64,000 bases of DNA from Armatimonadota bacterium (GTDB taxonomy: Bacteria; Armatimonadota; HRBIN16), in the NCBI GenBank assembly GCA_963677485.1, contig OY781964.1:1184001-1248000 (forward strand), written 5' to 3'. Position 1 is the stretch's first letter. Each line of letters opens with the position of its first letter. Of the stretch, positions 27,012 to 36,824 are shown in pieces. A program made the translations under genes and the position numbers. The notes below the pieces were generated by a model that saw nothing but the letters and a program-made list of their open reading frames with translations, did not search any database and was not told the origin of the DNA.

Positions 27012-29048
27012 ATGCCAGCCATACTACCAACCAATATCAGCCAGTATCAACCCGCGGCTCTAGTGCGTTGGGCGGACCAACACGCGGGTCCCTGGAATGT
27101 CACATTACCAAATGGTCGGCAGATTCGTCTCTCCGCTGTTCGCAATGGCAGACCACTTCTGCTGGGAACAGACAACCTCAATGCAGCCAAGACCGGTAGC
27201 GTTGTGCCACTATGGCCCAGTGTGAGCAACCCTAATGGATTGGACGGCACAGGGATACGGTTGGGCCTGTTTGAGGGCACTATTCCGCTAAGCACCCACC
27301 CGGAGCTGGCGGGTCGATGTCAGGTGTTCAACTCCACCAACGGCACCCACACCACGCATGTGGCTGGCACGCTTATTGCGCAGGGCTTGAACCCCGCAGC
27401 CAAAGGAATGGCCCCCAACGCCAGTATTAGCTGCTATAGCTGGAACAACGATGTATCGACCATCATCAGCCTGCCATCGGATATTGGAATCACAAACCAC
27501 AGTTACAGCCTGAGGATTGGATGGGACTTCAATTCTAGAGGTGACAACCGTTGGTTTTGGGCAGGCGACCCCTCTATGTCCATTGACGAGGATACGGACT
27601 TCGGGCGATATGATTCCACAGCTAGAGAATGGGACCAATCCCTTTATGCCAACCAGAACGTGCTTGCCTGCCGTTCTGCTGGGAATGACCGTTTGCAGGG
27701 GCCGTCGTCGCAACCTGTAGAACACTGGGTGTGGGATACAAACCTGGGGCAATATGTGCTCAGCACTGATGTTCGCCAACTGGATGGGGGGCCCAATGGT
27801 TACCGATCTATACATGACGCAGGTTGTGCTAAGAATGTGCTCACCGTAGGCAGTGTGGCCGATATTGTGCCGCCGGTTACAGAACAGACGGTGCTGTCAC
27901 CAAGCTCTTTCAGCAGTTGCGGGCCCACCGACGACGGGCGTATAAAGCCTGATATCTCGGGTAACGGAGAGGCATTGACGAGTAGTTTCTACGACTCAAA
28001 AATGGCACCAACATATTCGGCTATGAGCGGAACCTCGATGGCCAGTCCTGCTGTAGCCGGAGGGTTGGCGTTGGTGCTGCAACGCTACCGGCAGCTGCAC
28101 CCGGGTGTGGTGTTGTCAGCCGCGGCCTTAAAGGCGCTGGCTATTCATACCGCCAACGGTGGTCTGCAAGGCCCCAACTACCGCACAGGTTGGGGCGTTC
28201 TCAGCGCGCAATCCGCAGTCAATCTTATAAACGACGAATCGTCGGGCAGGTCAATGCTGACCCAGACTAGCCTCACATCAAGCCTGACGAAGCAGTGGCA
28301 GCTCTATCACCCCGGTGGAAATTTCCGCGCCACGCTGTGCTGGTCCGACCCTGCCGCTCCAGAGCAGACGAACCACAACGACAGTACCGCTCGTCTGGTG
28401 GTCGATCTCGACCTGCTGGTGACTGGAGCCAATGGCAGTATCTACCCGTGGACACTCACGCCGTCTCAGCCTGAGCTGAAGGCTGTGAAGGGCATCAACA
28501 ACCGCGACAACGTAGAGAGGGTAGATGCGTTGGACCTGCCTGCGGGATATTACACCGTCAGTGTGAGTTGCCAGAACCTGCCTGCGCAATACAAACCATT
28601 CGCCTTTTCACTGGCAGTCAGCGGCATCTGCGTACCTGCAACAAACCTGCTTCTGAATGTCTCACCCAATATCTATATAGGTGACAGAAGCACCGTGCCG
28701 GTTTCTGTTGAAGTCACTGCTCCTGGAATGCACATCGTACGCAGCACAGATATGCAAAACACGATGGAGATCTCGGGTATCCCTTTGGGCAGTGGACAGC
28801 TTAGCATCACTTCACCTCATTTCCTTAGGCGTGTGATTGGGTTTGAATCCGCAGGGAATGACCTCACTCTGAATACAGTGATGACGAACGGTGATGCAGA
28901 TGGTAGTGGCAGCATCGATTTGTTTGACTTCGTGGAACTGGATAGGAACTTCGGTGGCACCGTCGGGGATATTGACGGCGATGGCCGTGTAAACCTATTT
29001 GACTACGTGGTACTGGATGTAGGGTTTGGTGCCGTGGCGGACCAGTAG
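27012..29048 (+). CDS. S8 (subtilase) serine peptidase with dockerin-like C-terminus
   Basis: HTTHVAGT, SAGN, GPTDDGRIKPDISGNG, SGTSMASP motifs; C-terminal GDADGSGSIDLFDF...DIDGDGRVNLFDY. Confidence 0.88.
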   Translation: MPAILPTNISQYQPAALVRWADQHAGPWNVTLPNGRQIRLSAVRNGRPLLLGTDNLNAAKTGSVVPLWPSVSNPNGLDGTGIRLGLFEGTIPLSTHPELAGRCQVFNSTNGTHTTHVAGTLIAQGLNPAAKGMAPNASISCYSWNNDVSTIISLPSDIGITNHSYSLRIGWDFNSRGDNRWFWAGDPSMSIDEDTDFGRYDSTAREWDQSLYANQNVLACRSAGNDRLQGPSSQPVEHWVWDTNLGQYVLSTDVRQLDGGPNGYRSIHDAGCAKNVLTVGSVADIVPPVTEQTVLSPSSFSSCGPTDDGRIKPDISGNGEALTSSFYDSKMAPTYSAMSGTSMASPAVAGGLALVLQRYRQLHPGVVLSAAALKALAIHTANGGLQGPNYRTGWGVLSAQSAVNLINDESSGRSMLTQTSLTSSLTKQWQLYHPGGNFRATLCWSDPAAPEQTNHNDSTARLVVDLDLLVTGANGSIYPWTLTPSQPELKAVKGINNRDNVERVDALDLPAGYYTVSVSCQNLPAQYKPFAFSLAVSGICVPATNLLLNVSPNIYIGDRSTVPVSVEVTAPGMHIVRSTDMQNTMEISGIPLGSGQLSITSPHFLRRVIGFESAGNDLTLNTVMTNGDADGSGSIDLFDFVELDRNFGGTVGDIDGDGRVNLFDYVVLDVGFGAVADQ

Positions 29049-29350
29049 ATAGCCTTGCATTTTATGAGATTGTGCTCCCCGTAGGTGGCTGCAGGAGCTG
29101 GGATTCTTGGTGCGGCATCGGCCCCAGTTCTCGAAATCTTGGCTCACAACAGCACGGTGACATCCCTGGTTTCACCAAAGGATGCCATGGTTTTTGGAGC
29201 ACGGCTATGACCCAGCGTTACATCAACCATATAAAATGTAACTATGGAAGTCGTTTATTAGTGCCAAATTCTTTGAACCAATGGAATATGATGCGTTACC
29301 ATGAGTCTAGGCAACATGTTGCCACTAAAACTCTGGAGGACAAACACCTA

Positions 29351-30115
29351 ATGAAACGTCAAGGTTTTACCTTGATCGAGCTACTTGTGGTTATCGCTAT
29401 TATCGCAATATTGGCTGCAATTCTGTTCCCTGTATTTGCTCAAGCCCGAGTCAAGGCGAAAACGGCAGCATGCCTCAGCAATAGCAAACAGCTTGCCCTT
29501 GGTCTCAGCATGTATGCTGATGATTATGATGATGCTTACCCCAAAGGCGCGTTCTGGATTGCTAATATAACGCAAGACATGGTGCCTGTATCTGGTATCA
29601 CCACCGCCGTCACCTGGGCCGATGTATTATTACCTTATGCAAAATCGAAAGCCATGTTTGCCTGTCCCAGCCGCCCGCAAGCGGGTAAAGTAGCTGGAAC
29701 ATGGGGCGGACCATGGAAAAACAGTTGTGGATTCGGCTTCAATGAATGGGGCTGGAACACAGTGGGCAACAATCCATCATTGAGTTCCGTTGCTAACCCA
29801 TCGGACGCCATCATTCTAACTGAAATCGACATGGCCATCCCAGACGCCGGAACCCACTGGTTCGCGCCACAGGCTGGCTCCGGCGGCTATTTCGTGAATG
29901 CGGCGAAAGCGCATAACTACCGCATGAACTTCGCCTTCTGCGATGGTCACGCTAAGGCATTGAAACCCCGCCAGACCATCAGCCCCAAGATGATGTGGAA
30001 CTGCACCGGCACCTACCCATTTACCATTAACGCATGGAATGGCCAGCAAGCCGCCACTGAAGATGAAGCCGTGGCAATTGCCACAAGTTGGACCGTCAAC
30101 ACACTCGACTTCTAG
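29351..30115 (+). CDS. Prepilin-type N-terminal cleavage/methylation protein (DUF1559 / H-X9-DG type)
   Basis: KRQGFTLIELLVVIAIIAILAAILFPVFAQAR, CLSNSKQL, HNYRMNFAFCDGHAK. Confidence 0.93.
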   Translation: MKRQGFTLIELLVVIAIIAILAAILFPVFAQARVKAKTAACLSNSKQLALGLSMYADDYDDAYPKGAFWIANITQDMVPVSGITTAVTWADVLLPYAKSKAMFACPSRPQAGKVAGTWGGPWKNSCGFGFNEWGWNTVGNNPSLSSVANPSDAIILTEIDMAIPDAGTHWFAPQAGSGGYFVNAAKAHNYRMNFAFCDGHAKALKPRQTISPKMMWNCTGTYPFTINAWNGQQAATEDEAVAIATSWTVNTLDF

Positions 30116-30137
30116 AGCTTCGACTAAGGCAAACCTT

Positions 30138-30172
30138 AGAGGTCGACGGAAGCAATTCCGTCGACCTTCTTC
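30138..30172 (+). terminator. Probable terminator hairpin
   Basis: aggtcgacggaa-gcaa-ttccgtcgacct followed by tcttc. Confidence 0.55.
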
Positions 30173-30297
30173 ATTCGATGCAAACATGCTTCCCTTATCT
30201 CGATGCTGATCGATTGACGGCACGGGGATAAATCATGCATACTTTTGATACAGGGAGTCGAGATTCCCGCACTACAATCGGCACACAGGAGAAGAAG

Positions 30298-30822
30298 ATG
30301 AGTGAACAAACGCGCAAATACAGGTTTACTTGGGATCTTGTGGGTGATATCAAGGAAGGCCGTCCGAATCTAGGCCCCAATCTGCGTATCGAACTGTACC
30401 GTATGATGCAGTTTTCCATCCGTGATGTGATGGAGCAAAGAATTGGCTCCGAAGATACCGATCGGTTGTTTTATGATGCTGGCTATCTGGCTGCAAAGGT
30501 GTTCTATGATACTTACCTATCTGAGACCACCGACCTAAAGATGTTTATTGCCAGTTTACAGCAGCTCATGAGAGAATCAGGTATGGGTGTGCTTCGTGTG
30601 GAGAAGGCAGACATGGAGGCCGGTGAACTGATGTTGACTGTGTCTGAGGACCTCGATTGTTCTGGTCTGCCGGTACTTGACTACGAAATCTGCCATTACG
30701 ACGAGGGGTTCATCGCGGCCCTTCTTGAGCGGTTTTCCGGTAAGAAGTTTATCGTTCGGGAAATCGACTGCTGGTGTACGGGTGATCGCACCTGCAGGTT
30801 CCATGCTGTTGCAGAGAAATAA
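30298..30822 (+). CDS. V4R (4-vinyl reductase) domain protein
   Basis: EDLDCSGLP, CHYDEGFIA and EIDCWCTGDRTCRF motifs. Confidence 0.88.
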   Translation: MSEQTRKYRFTWDLVGDIKEGRPNLGPNLRIELYRMMQFSIRDVMEQRIGSEDTDRLFYDAGYLAAKVFYDTYLSETTDLKMFIASLQQLMRESGMGVLRVEKADMEAGELMLTVSEDLDCSGLPVLDYEICHYDEGFIAALLERFSGKKFIVREIDCWCTGDRTCRFHAVAEK

Positions 30823-32102
30823 TGAGTGAAATAAGTTCGGAACAGGCTCTATCAGTCATAGAACAACTACGGCAATACGTCCTCTCTCAACAAGAACCAC
30901 TTGATGCCGCAGTGCATGAGAAACTTCGGGATTTGTGCCAACTGTCATTTACGACACTGCCAGATACGGATGCGCAGGCACTGTCTGACATAGAGATCAA
31001 TACCTTGTTTGAACCTGTTGAGAAGCTCTTCATATCAAGCAAACTACCGGATGTAGAACCTCAGTTTCCGGAGAACGCTCAGTCCCTGCTAAGGGTATAT
31101 AAACAGATCGAAAAACTCCGCGCCCACATCATGGCTCTGGCCAAAGGTGATTTGAATCACCGACTAGATATTAACGGCTATGTTGCCGGTGCGGTGAAGA
31201 CGCTTCAAGCCAACCTTCGCCATCTAACCTGGCAGACACAGCAAGTAGCTGCTGGCGATTTTAGCCAGCGTGTGGATTTCATGGGTGAGTTCGCCACCGG
31301 TTTCAACAGCATGATCGTGCAGCTTGACGAGATGACCAACCAGTTGAAGGACCGCAACAGCCAATTGCAGCAAGAGGTGAACGCCCGCCACAAGGCTGAA
31401 AATGAGTTGAATCGCGCCTTAAGCCATCTGCAGGCGGTCAACGACGACCTTCAAAGTTTCGCATATGTAATCTCCCATGACCTTAAGGCACCGTTGCGGG
31501 GTATTGTTTCTATCGCAACTTGGATACAGCAGGATTACGATCCAATACTAGACGAATCGGGTAAGGAGCAGCTTAGCCTGCTAGTCGAACGCTCAAAGAA
31601 GCTGACTGAGATGATAGATGGTGTTCTGCATTACAGCCGAATGGGCACCTTGGCCGATAACCACGAGTTGATCAATGTTAAGAATTTGGTGGAGCAGACA
31701 TTCAACCTATTGGATCCACCGACAACAATCAAGCTGGTGATTGATGCTGACCTGCCGGAAATCACGGCCGATCCGGTGAGGATATCGCAGCTCTACCAGA
31801 ACCTGATGAGCAACGCCGTGCGCTATATCGACAAACCGGAAGGTGTGATTACTGTAGGCCTACGGCATGGTGAAGAGACGGTGTTTACCGTAGCCGACAA
31901 CGGACCAGGCATATGCGAGAAGGAGCAGACACGTATCTTCGAGCTGTTCCAAACCGGAACCGCCAAAGCAGAAGGCAGCACCGGCGTGGGTCTGGCCGTG
32001 GTGAAGCGTATCTGCGAGTTCTATGGCGGCAAGGTTTGGGTTGAATCACAGCTTGGCGAAGGTGCTTGTTTCTGCTTCACCCTGCCGAATGTGATCACCT
32101 AA
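30822..32102 (+). CDS. Cytoplasmic HAMP-domain sensor histidine kinase
   Basis: HAMP (GDFSQRVDFMGEFATGFNSM), H-box SHDLKAPL, NLMSNA, DNGPGI, GVGLAVVK. Start overlaps the V4R stop (TAATG). Confidence 0.9.
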   Translation: MSEISSEQALSVIEQLRQYVLSQQEPLDAAVHEKLRDLCQLSFTTLPDTDAQALSDIEINTLFEPVEKLFISSKLPDVEPQFPENAQSLLRVYKQIEKLRAHIMALAKGDLNHRLDINGYVAGAVKTLQANLRHLTWQTQQVAAGDFSQRVDFMGEFATGFNSMIVQLDEMTNQLKDRNSQLQQEVNARHKAENELNRALSHLQAVNDDLQSFAYVISHDLKAPLRGIVSIATWIQQDYDPILDESGKEQLSLLVERSKKLTEMIDGVLHYSRMGTLADNHELINVKNLVEQTFNLLDPPTTIKLVIDADLPEITADPVRISQLYQNLMSNAVRYIDKPEGVITVGLRHGEETVFTVADNGPGICEKEQTRIFELFQTGTAKAEGSTGVGLAVVKRICEFYGGKVWVESQLGEGACFCFTLPNVIT

Positions 32103-32148
32103 CCGGTTGCCTACTCCTGTTCTCCCTGCCTCCTGGTAAGTCATTTGG

Positions 32149-32630
32149 TTGCCGTTGTCCGGGGCGGTTTTCCCCACACCGCGCCGGTCTTGATATCTTC
32201 GGGACAAGTGGATTCAGGCTATCCGCCAGACCGGCGCAGTCTTGAGCCGTCTGCAACCGCTAACCTGCGCACAGACCGCCCCGGACAGTGGCAACGCATT
32301 CCCACTGCTCTGAAGCATTATTTGCCGTTGTCCGGGGCGGTTATCTCCACACCGCGCCGGTCTTGATATCTCGGGACAAGTGGATTCAGGCTATCCGCCA
32401 GACCGGCGCAGTCTTGAGCCGTCTGCAACCGCTAACCTGCGCACAGACCGCCCCGGACAGTGGCAACGCATTCCCACTGCTCTGAAGCATTATTTGCCGT
32501 TGTCCGGGGCGGTTTTCCCCACACCGCGCCGGTCTTGATATCTTGGGACAAGTGGTTTCAGGCTATCCGCCAGACCGGCGCGGTCTTGAGCCGTCTGCAA
32601 CCGCTAGCCTGCGCACAGACCGCCCCGGTC
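32149..32630 (+). repeat. Tandem triplication of family B element (period 172-173 bp)
   Basis: Units start at 32149, 32322 and 32494. Each has terminal IRs ttgccgttgtccggggcggt / accgccccggacagtggcaa; the linkers (cgcattcccactgctctgaagcattat) are identical. Confidence 0.92.
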
Positions 32631-32640
32631 TTAGGCAATC

Positions 32641-32757
32641 CATTCGCGTTCATTCGTGTTCATCCGTGGTTTAAATGGTCCCCTGATAAGACGGGTAGGA
32701 CGAGTAGGACGAGTGGGACATTACGTTGCGCCTTTGCACCCTTGCGCCTTTGCGTTG
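32641..32757. repeat. Micro-repeat mosaic (ATTCGCGTTC, GTAGGACGA and TTTGCGCC blocks)
   Basis: The same blocks occur at 11735, 11778, 19529, 6713 and 261. Confidence 0.8.
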
Positions 32758-33051
32758 GGTCGCCAGACCTCCTATTCTCCTCGCCCCCTTCTCTCCTTCC
32801 TCCCCCTGGCCCCCCAATTTCCATCCTCGTCACAATGCTAGATTATCGCAAAAACTGGTATATTTACTCTATTTATCTGTCATTTTGTGCTCATTACGAC
32901 GTTTATTATCTGATATTAAAGGTATACTAGGACACAAGCAAAAATGACTTGAAGCAGCAACCGTACCACCCTCCGACATCCGTCGGGCGATAAGCACAGC
33001 CAGTATCATGCTGGTTACGAACACAGAAAATCAGTAAGAAAGAGTGAAGCA

Positions 33052-34089
33052 ATGAATGTTTTCACAATAAAACTACAGACCGTCGCGTTGATGACATTGA
33101 CGACCGCTGTATACGCCTCACCGATCGTCATTCCTAAGGGAACGGTCATCCCCGTGGTTCTAGATACCCAGCTCAGCTCCGCCACAAACCAGCAAGGCGA
33201 CATCTTTTATGCCTACCACGAAGGTGCCAATGGAGCCGGCTTTCCCGAGTATTCCAATTTCACCGGGAAAATCAAGTCAGTAACGAAAGCCACAGGCGGT
33301 AAAGCCGGGCAGATCGACGCACGCTTTACCCTCGTGCATCTACCTGATGGAACCTCGATACCGATCCGCGGCCAGCTCACGTCAATGGACAAGACCAATG
33401 TTAAGACCGATACCAAATCTGGCAGGTTGATTGGCACAGCCAACGCAAATAACAACCCAGGCAAGTTCATTGCTATCGGTGCAGGAGCAGGGCTTCTAGC
33501 TGGTCAGCTTGGATGGAAGAAACCGCTGATCGGCACCTTGATAGGAGCCGCGGCAGGATACATATACAGTACTACCCAGAACAAGGCTGCTGTTGGTAAA
33601 GACGTAGTGGTAAAGTCAGGAACACCGTTTGGGATTTTACTGACACAAAAAGTCACACTTCCAGAACTCAGGGCAGCAGATGCCGTCTCTGAGGAAGATG
33701 CCGTTACTGATGAAGACACCAGTACGAGCTCCGATGATAACGGCACAAGCAGTAGCGACGGCTGGCGAGTCAGTTTTAACTCCTTGCAGCCCATCATGAG
33801 CGGTAATAACCTGATGGTACCTTTCCGTTCAGTGATGGACTCAATCGACATGCCATTTAGTTACAACGCTGCCAGCAGGACTCTATCGATGAGCCGACCC
33901 AACACAGACCAGGCCGTACATACAGCCGTAGGCACCAGTCTTGTTTACGTAGACGGTATCGCCACCAGATTTAACACTTCATCGAGGATGATCAACGGCA
34001 ATGTATACGTGCCTGCAAGCTACATTGAGCTGATCACACAGAAAACAGCCTACTGGAACCATGATACAGGCATCCTGCGCCTCCAATAA
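33052..34089 (+). CDS. Exported protein with a glycine-zipper-like segment and C-terminal copper-amine-oxidase-N (stalk) domain
   Basis: Signal peptide; IPKGTVIPVVLDTQLSS; GAGAGLLAG/GTLIGAAAG; NLMVPFR...INGNVYVPASYI. Confidence 0.65.
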   Translation: MNVFTIKLQTVALMTLTTAVYASPIVIPKGTVIPVVLDTQLSSATNQQGDIFYAYHEGANGAGFPEYSNFTGKIKSVTKATGGKAGQIDARFTLVHLPDGTSIPIRGQLTSMDKTNVKTDTKSGRLIGTANANNNPGKFIAIGAGAGLLAGQLGWKKPLIGTLIGAAAGYIYSTTQNKAAVGKDVVVKSGTPFGILLTQKVTLPELRAADAVSEEDAVTDEDTSTSSDDNGTSSSDGWRVSFNSLQPIMSGNNLMVPFRSVMDSIDMPFSYNAASRTLSMSRPNTDQAVHTAVGTSLVYVDGIATRFNTSSRMINGNVYVPASYIELITQKTAYWNHDTGILRLQ

Positions 34090-34177
34090 GCACAACTGAT
34101 CAACCGATCCTATGACGATCGCAAGAGGTAGATAACCAGCTCTACCTCCTGCGGAATCCACAATGGAGGCTCTAAAT

Positions 34178-35845
34178 ATGAAACTTCTGAAAATAATGAT
34201 ACCTGGCCTGATTTTGATGGCCGCCGCATCTGCGATGCCCCAAGCCCTGAATGTGACCATCGATGGCACCCCCGTACGATTTATTGGCACTCAACCCATG
34301 GCAGTGCAGGGACGGGTGATGGTGCCGTTGCGCGGTGTTCTGGAGCAGATGGGTGCATTTGTTGGCTGGGACGCCATCACACGTACGGTCTTTGCGCAGA
34401 AGAGCGACGTTGATGTGCAGTTACCCATCGGTTCTCGAAGCGCAACGGTGAATGGTCGTTCTGTGGCACTTGATGTGCCCGCTCAGATCATCGGGGGCAG
34501 CACGATGGTTCCGCTGCGATTTCTAGGCGAAACGCTCGGTGCTGAAGTCGCATGGAATTACGCGACACGGACCGTCACCATCGCCACGGGCTCTGACAGC
34601 GGCGGAAATAACGGCAACGGCTCCACAACCCCAGATAGTTCGGACGCTATCAGCTCATTCACCCATGATGGATCGAATTGGCTAAAGGCTGGTTCTACCC
34701 TTAAGGTCGTCATGAAAGGCACCGCCGGAGGAACTGCTACTTTTGGTATCCCCGGCATCGTAGATAAGGTGGCCATGAAGGAAGTCTCCAGTGGACGATA
34801 CGAATGCAGCTGGATTGTGCCATCAGGCAAAAGCCTTGTAGTGACTGGTGGCAAAGTGATTGGGCAGCTTCGCACCGGCTCAGTTCAGAAGTTGATCGAG
34901 GCTAGCGAGCCGGTTTCTATCGATACGCTGGCCCCGAAGATACTGAACAGCACCCCAGATCCGGACAGCACGGTCGCCACCGCACGGCCGACCATATCGG
35001 TCGTCACTGAAGACAGCGGCAGCGGCGTCGCCACTGAGAAGGTGTTGATGACCGTCAATGGGGAAGATGTCACAGATGCTGCCAGCATCACGCGAAACTT
35101 CACCAGTTACCGGCCACAGACAGCACTCAAGGCCAAGAACAATAAGGCCAAAGTGACAGTGTATGATCTGGCTGGCAACTACACAAGCCAGACATGGTCC
35201 TTCGATGTGCAAGGTGCCGGAAGTGTCATTACCTCGTTTACCCACTCCGACGTCACCAACATGCAGCCGGGTGATGTCATCACCGCTGAGATGAGGGGCA
35301 AAGCCAAAGGAATAGCGAGCTTCGTCATCACATCACAGGCTGGCAATATCATCGTCACTAAAGCGATGCAGGAGACATCAGCGGGTGTGTATGAAGGTGA
35401 ATATACGATCCGGAAAAACCAGGATATCAATGGCGCGACGATCTCCGGCACACTCAAGGTCGCCTCTGGGCAGGTCTACACTGTGCAAGCCGAGGGTATC
35501 ATCAATGCCCCTGCATTGACAAACGGCAATCTGCCAGTGATCACATCACCTAAAGAAGGCAATACGGTCACCACACCGTTCGTGATTACAGGTAAGGCAT
35601 CACCTAACACAAGCGTACGAATCACGGTGGAATACTCAACCAAGGTTCTGGGTCTGTTTGAGACCAATGGGGCATTAACAGATCAGATTGCGAACACGGA
35701 TGCTAAAGGCGTCTTCACATCGAGTGATATCAACATGGCGACCCTCATCAAAGGGTCGAATACCATATACACCATTAACGTGACCTCAGTGAGTGCCAAT
35801 GGCGAGGAGTCAGAACCCACTACGGTTTCGGTCAAAGGCAAGTAG
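34178..35845 (+). CDS. Exported protein with N-terminal copper-amine-oxidase-N (stalk) domain and Ig-like domains
   Basis: GRVMVPLRGVLEQMGAFVGWD and GSTMVPLRFLGETLGAEVAW motifs, followed by beta-rich domains. Confidence 0.8.
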   Translation: MKLLKIMIPGLILMAAASAMPQALNVTIDGTPVRFIGTQPMAVQGRVMVPLRGVLEQMGAFVGWDAITRTVFAQKSDVDVQLPIGSRSATVNGRSVALDVPAQIIGGSTMVPLRFLGETLGAEVAWNYATRTVTIATGSDSGGNNGNGSTTPDSSDAISSFTHDGSNWLKAGSTLKVVMKGTAGGTATFGIPGIVDKVAMKEVSSGRYECSWIVPSGKSLVVTGGKVIGQLRTGSVQKLIEASEPVSIDTLAPKILNSTPDPDSTVATARPTISVVTEDSGSGVATEKVLMTVNGEDVTDAASITRNFTSYRPQTALKAKNNKAKVTVYDLAGNYTSQTWSFDVQGAGSVITSFTHSDVTNMQPGDVITAEMRGKAKGIASFVITSQAGNIIVTKAMQETSAGVYEGEYTIRKNQDINGATISGTLKVASGQVYTVQAEGIINAPALTNGNLPVITSPKEGNTVTTPFVITGKASPNTSVRITVEYSTKVLGLFETNGALTDQIANTDAKGVFTSSDINMATLIKGSNTIYTINVTSVSANGEESEPTTVSVKGK

Positions 35846-35945
35846 CTCTAGCCATCGAAGGATGGGTTATGAATCACCCGCACTCTGTAATCAAACCCAG
35901 GTGCTCTATGCAGCTTAGCTGTCACGATAGGAAAAGGAATACCAA

Positions 35946-36350
35946 ATGAGTAACTACACGCAAGACCCGACAGGCGAGAGATCCGCCTGGCAGACCATGG
36001 TGATCATATTGGTGGTGATCATCGCAGCATTGATGATCGGCTATTTCGCATGGTGGGCACCCAGTAGGGAATCGACAACCTATGTCACACCATCCACTCA
36101 AGGTAGTCAGGGTGCTCAAGGCGTTCAAGGAGCAGCTGGAACCCCGGCCGCACCTGCTGCGCCCGGAGCGACAGGCGCCACGGGTGCTACTGGTGCTAAG
36201 GGCAACACCGGAGCCACCGGTGATACTGGATCCACAGGCGACCAGGGAACACCTGGCGCGACTGGTGCAGAAGGTGCGACCGGGGCCGCTGGGGCAGTAG
36301 GTGCCGAAGGCGCCCCTGCCGCAGAGGCACCAGCCCCGAGCAGCCGATAG
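35946..36350 (+). CDS. Membrane-anchored collagen-like protein
   Basis: One TM helix followed by Gly-X-Y triplets ([21 protein letters not shown]...). Confidence 0.8.
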   Translation: MSNYTQDPTGERSAWQTMVIILVVIIAALMIGYFAWWAPSRESTTYVTPSTQGSQGAQGVQGAAGTPAAPAAPGATGATGATGAKGNTGATGDTGSTGDQGTPGATGAEGATGAAGAVGAEGAPAAEAPAPSSR

Positions 36351-36363
36351 TTATCGATCAACA

Positions 36364-36398
36364 ACCTCGTCCTTGCCATCTACTGGCAAGGACGAGGT
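36364..36398. terminator. Hairpin after the collagen-like gene
   Basis: acctcgtccttgcca-tctac-tggcaaggacgaggt. Confidence 0.5.
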
Positions 36399-36476
36399 GA
36401 ACGCCGTGTCGGATGCCGAATAAGCTCAGGCGTGGCTCTGTCAATATATGGCCGTGGAAGGCCGGAGGTTCATTAT

Positions 36477-36626
36477 ATGCTTAGAACTGTATTCGTCGTG
36501 TTACTAGTCTTGTGGCTGGTAGGGTTGCTGGGCCATATCGGGGGGGCCATGATCCACACCATCCTGGTGATCGCTGTCGTCGCGTTGATTCTTGATGTCG
36601 TGGGCAGCCGGAGAAGTGTGCTTTAG
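36477..36626 (+). CDS. Lmo0937-family small membrane protein
   Basis: MLRTVFVVLLVLWLVGLLGHIGGAMIHTILVIAV pattern; GGAGG RBS. Confidence 0.85.
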   Translation: MLRTVFVVLLVLWLVGLLGHIGGAMIHTILVIAVVALILDVVGSRRSVL

Positions 36627-36636
36627 GACTGACAGG

Positions 36637-36774
36637 AACAAGCACCCGCCTGTGCTGGCACGGCAGCCCAGGCTGTAACGGATACGCTCGTAGGGGCGCC
36701 TCTTGTGGGCGCCCTAATCGTTGTTTATCCCATAGCTCTTGTTTAGGGCGCCCACAAGGGACGCCCCTACGAGC
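36637..36774. repeat. Family G repeat plus inverted GTAG-REP doublet (REPIN-like)
   Basis: 36637-36679 is the reverse complement (few mismatches) of 54692-54734. gctcgtaggggcg...cgcccctacgagc spans 36686-36774. Confidence 0.8.
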
Positions 36775-36824
36775 GGCTATTTACAATTAACTACAGCAAA
36801 GGCAGCCATGAGCTCAAGGCGGTG

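Noticed and set aside
32149-32630. CRISPR array
   Set aside because: Repeats are ~145 bp, the linkers are identical rather than unique spacers, and no cas genes are present.
32145-32947. Short ORFs over the family B array (also 22908-23312, 40988-41293, 42782-43101)
   Set aside because: They are translations of repeat DNA with no RBS or protein-like features.
32940-33050. Possible riboswitch upstream of the envelope cluster
   Set aside because: Two small hairpins, but no match to any aptamer consensus I can recognise.
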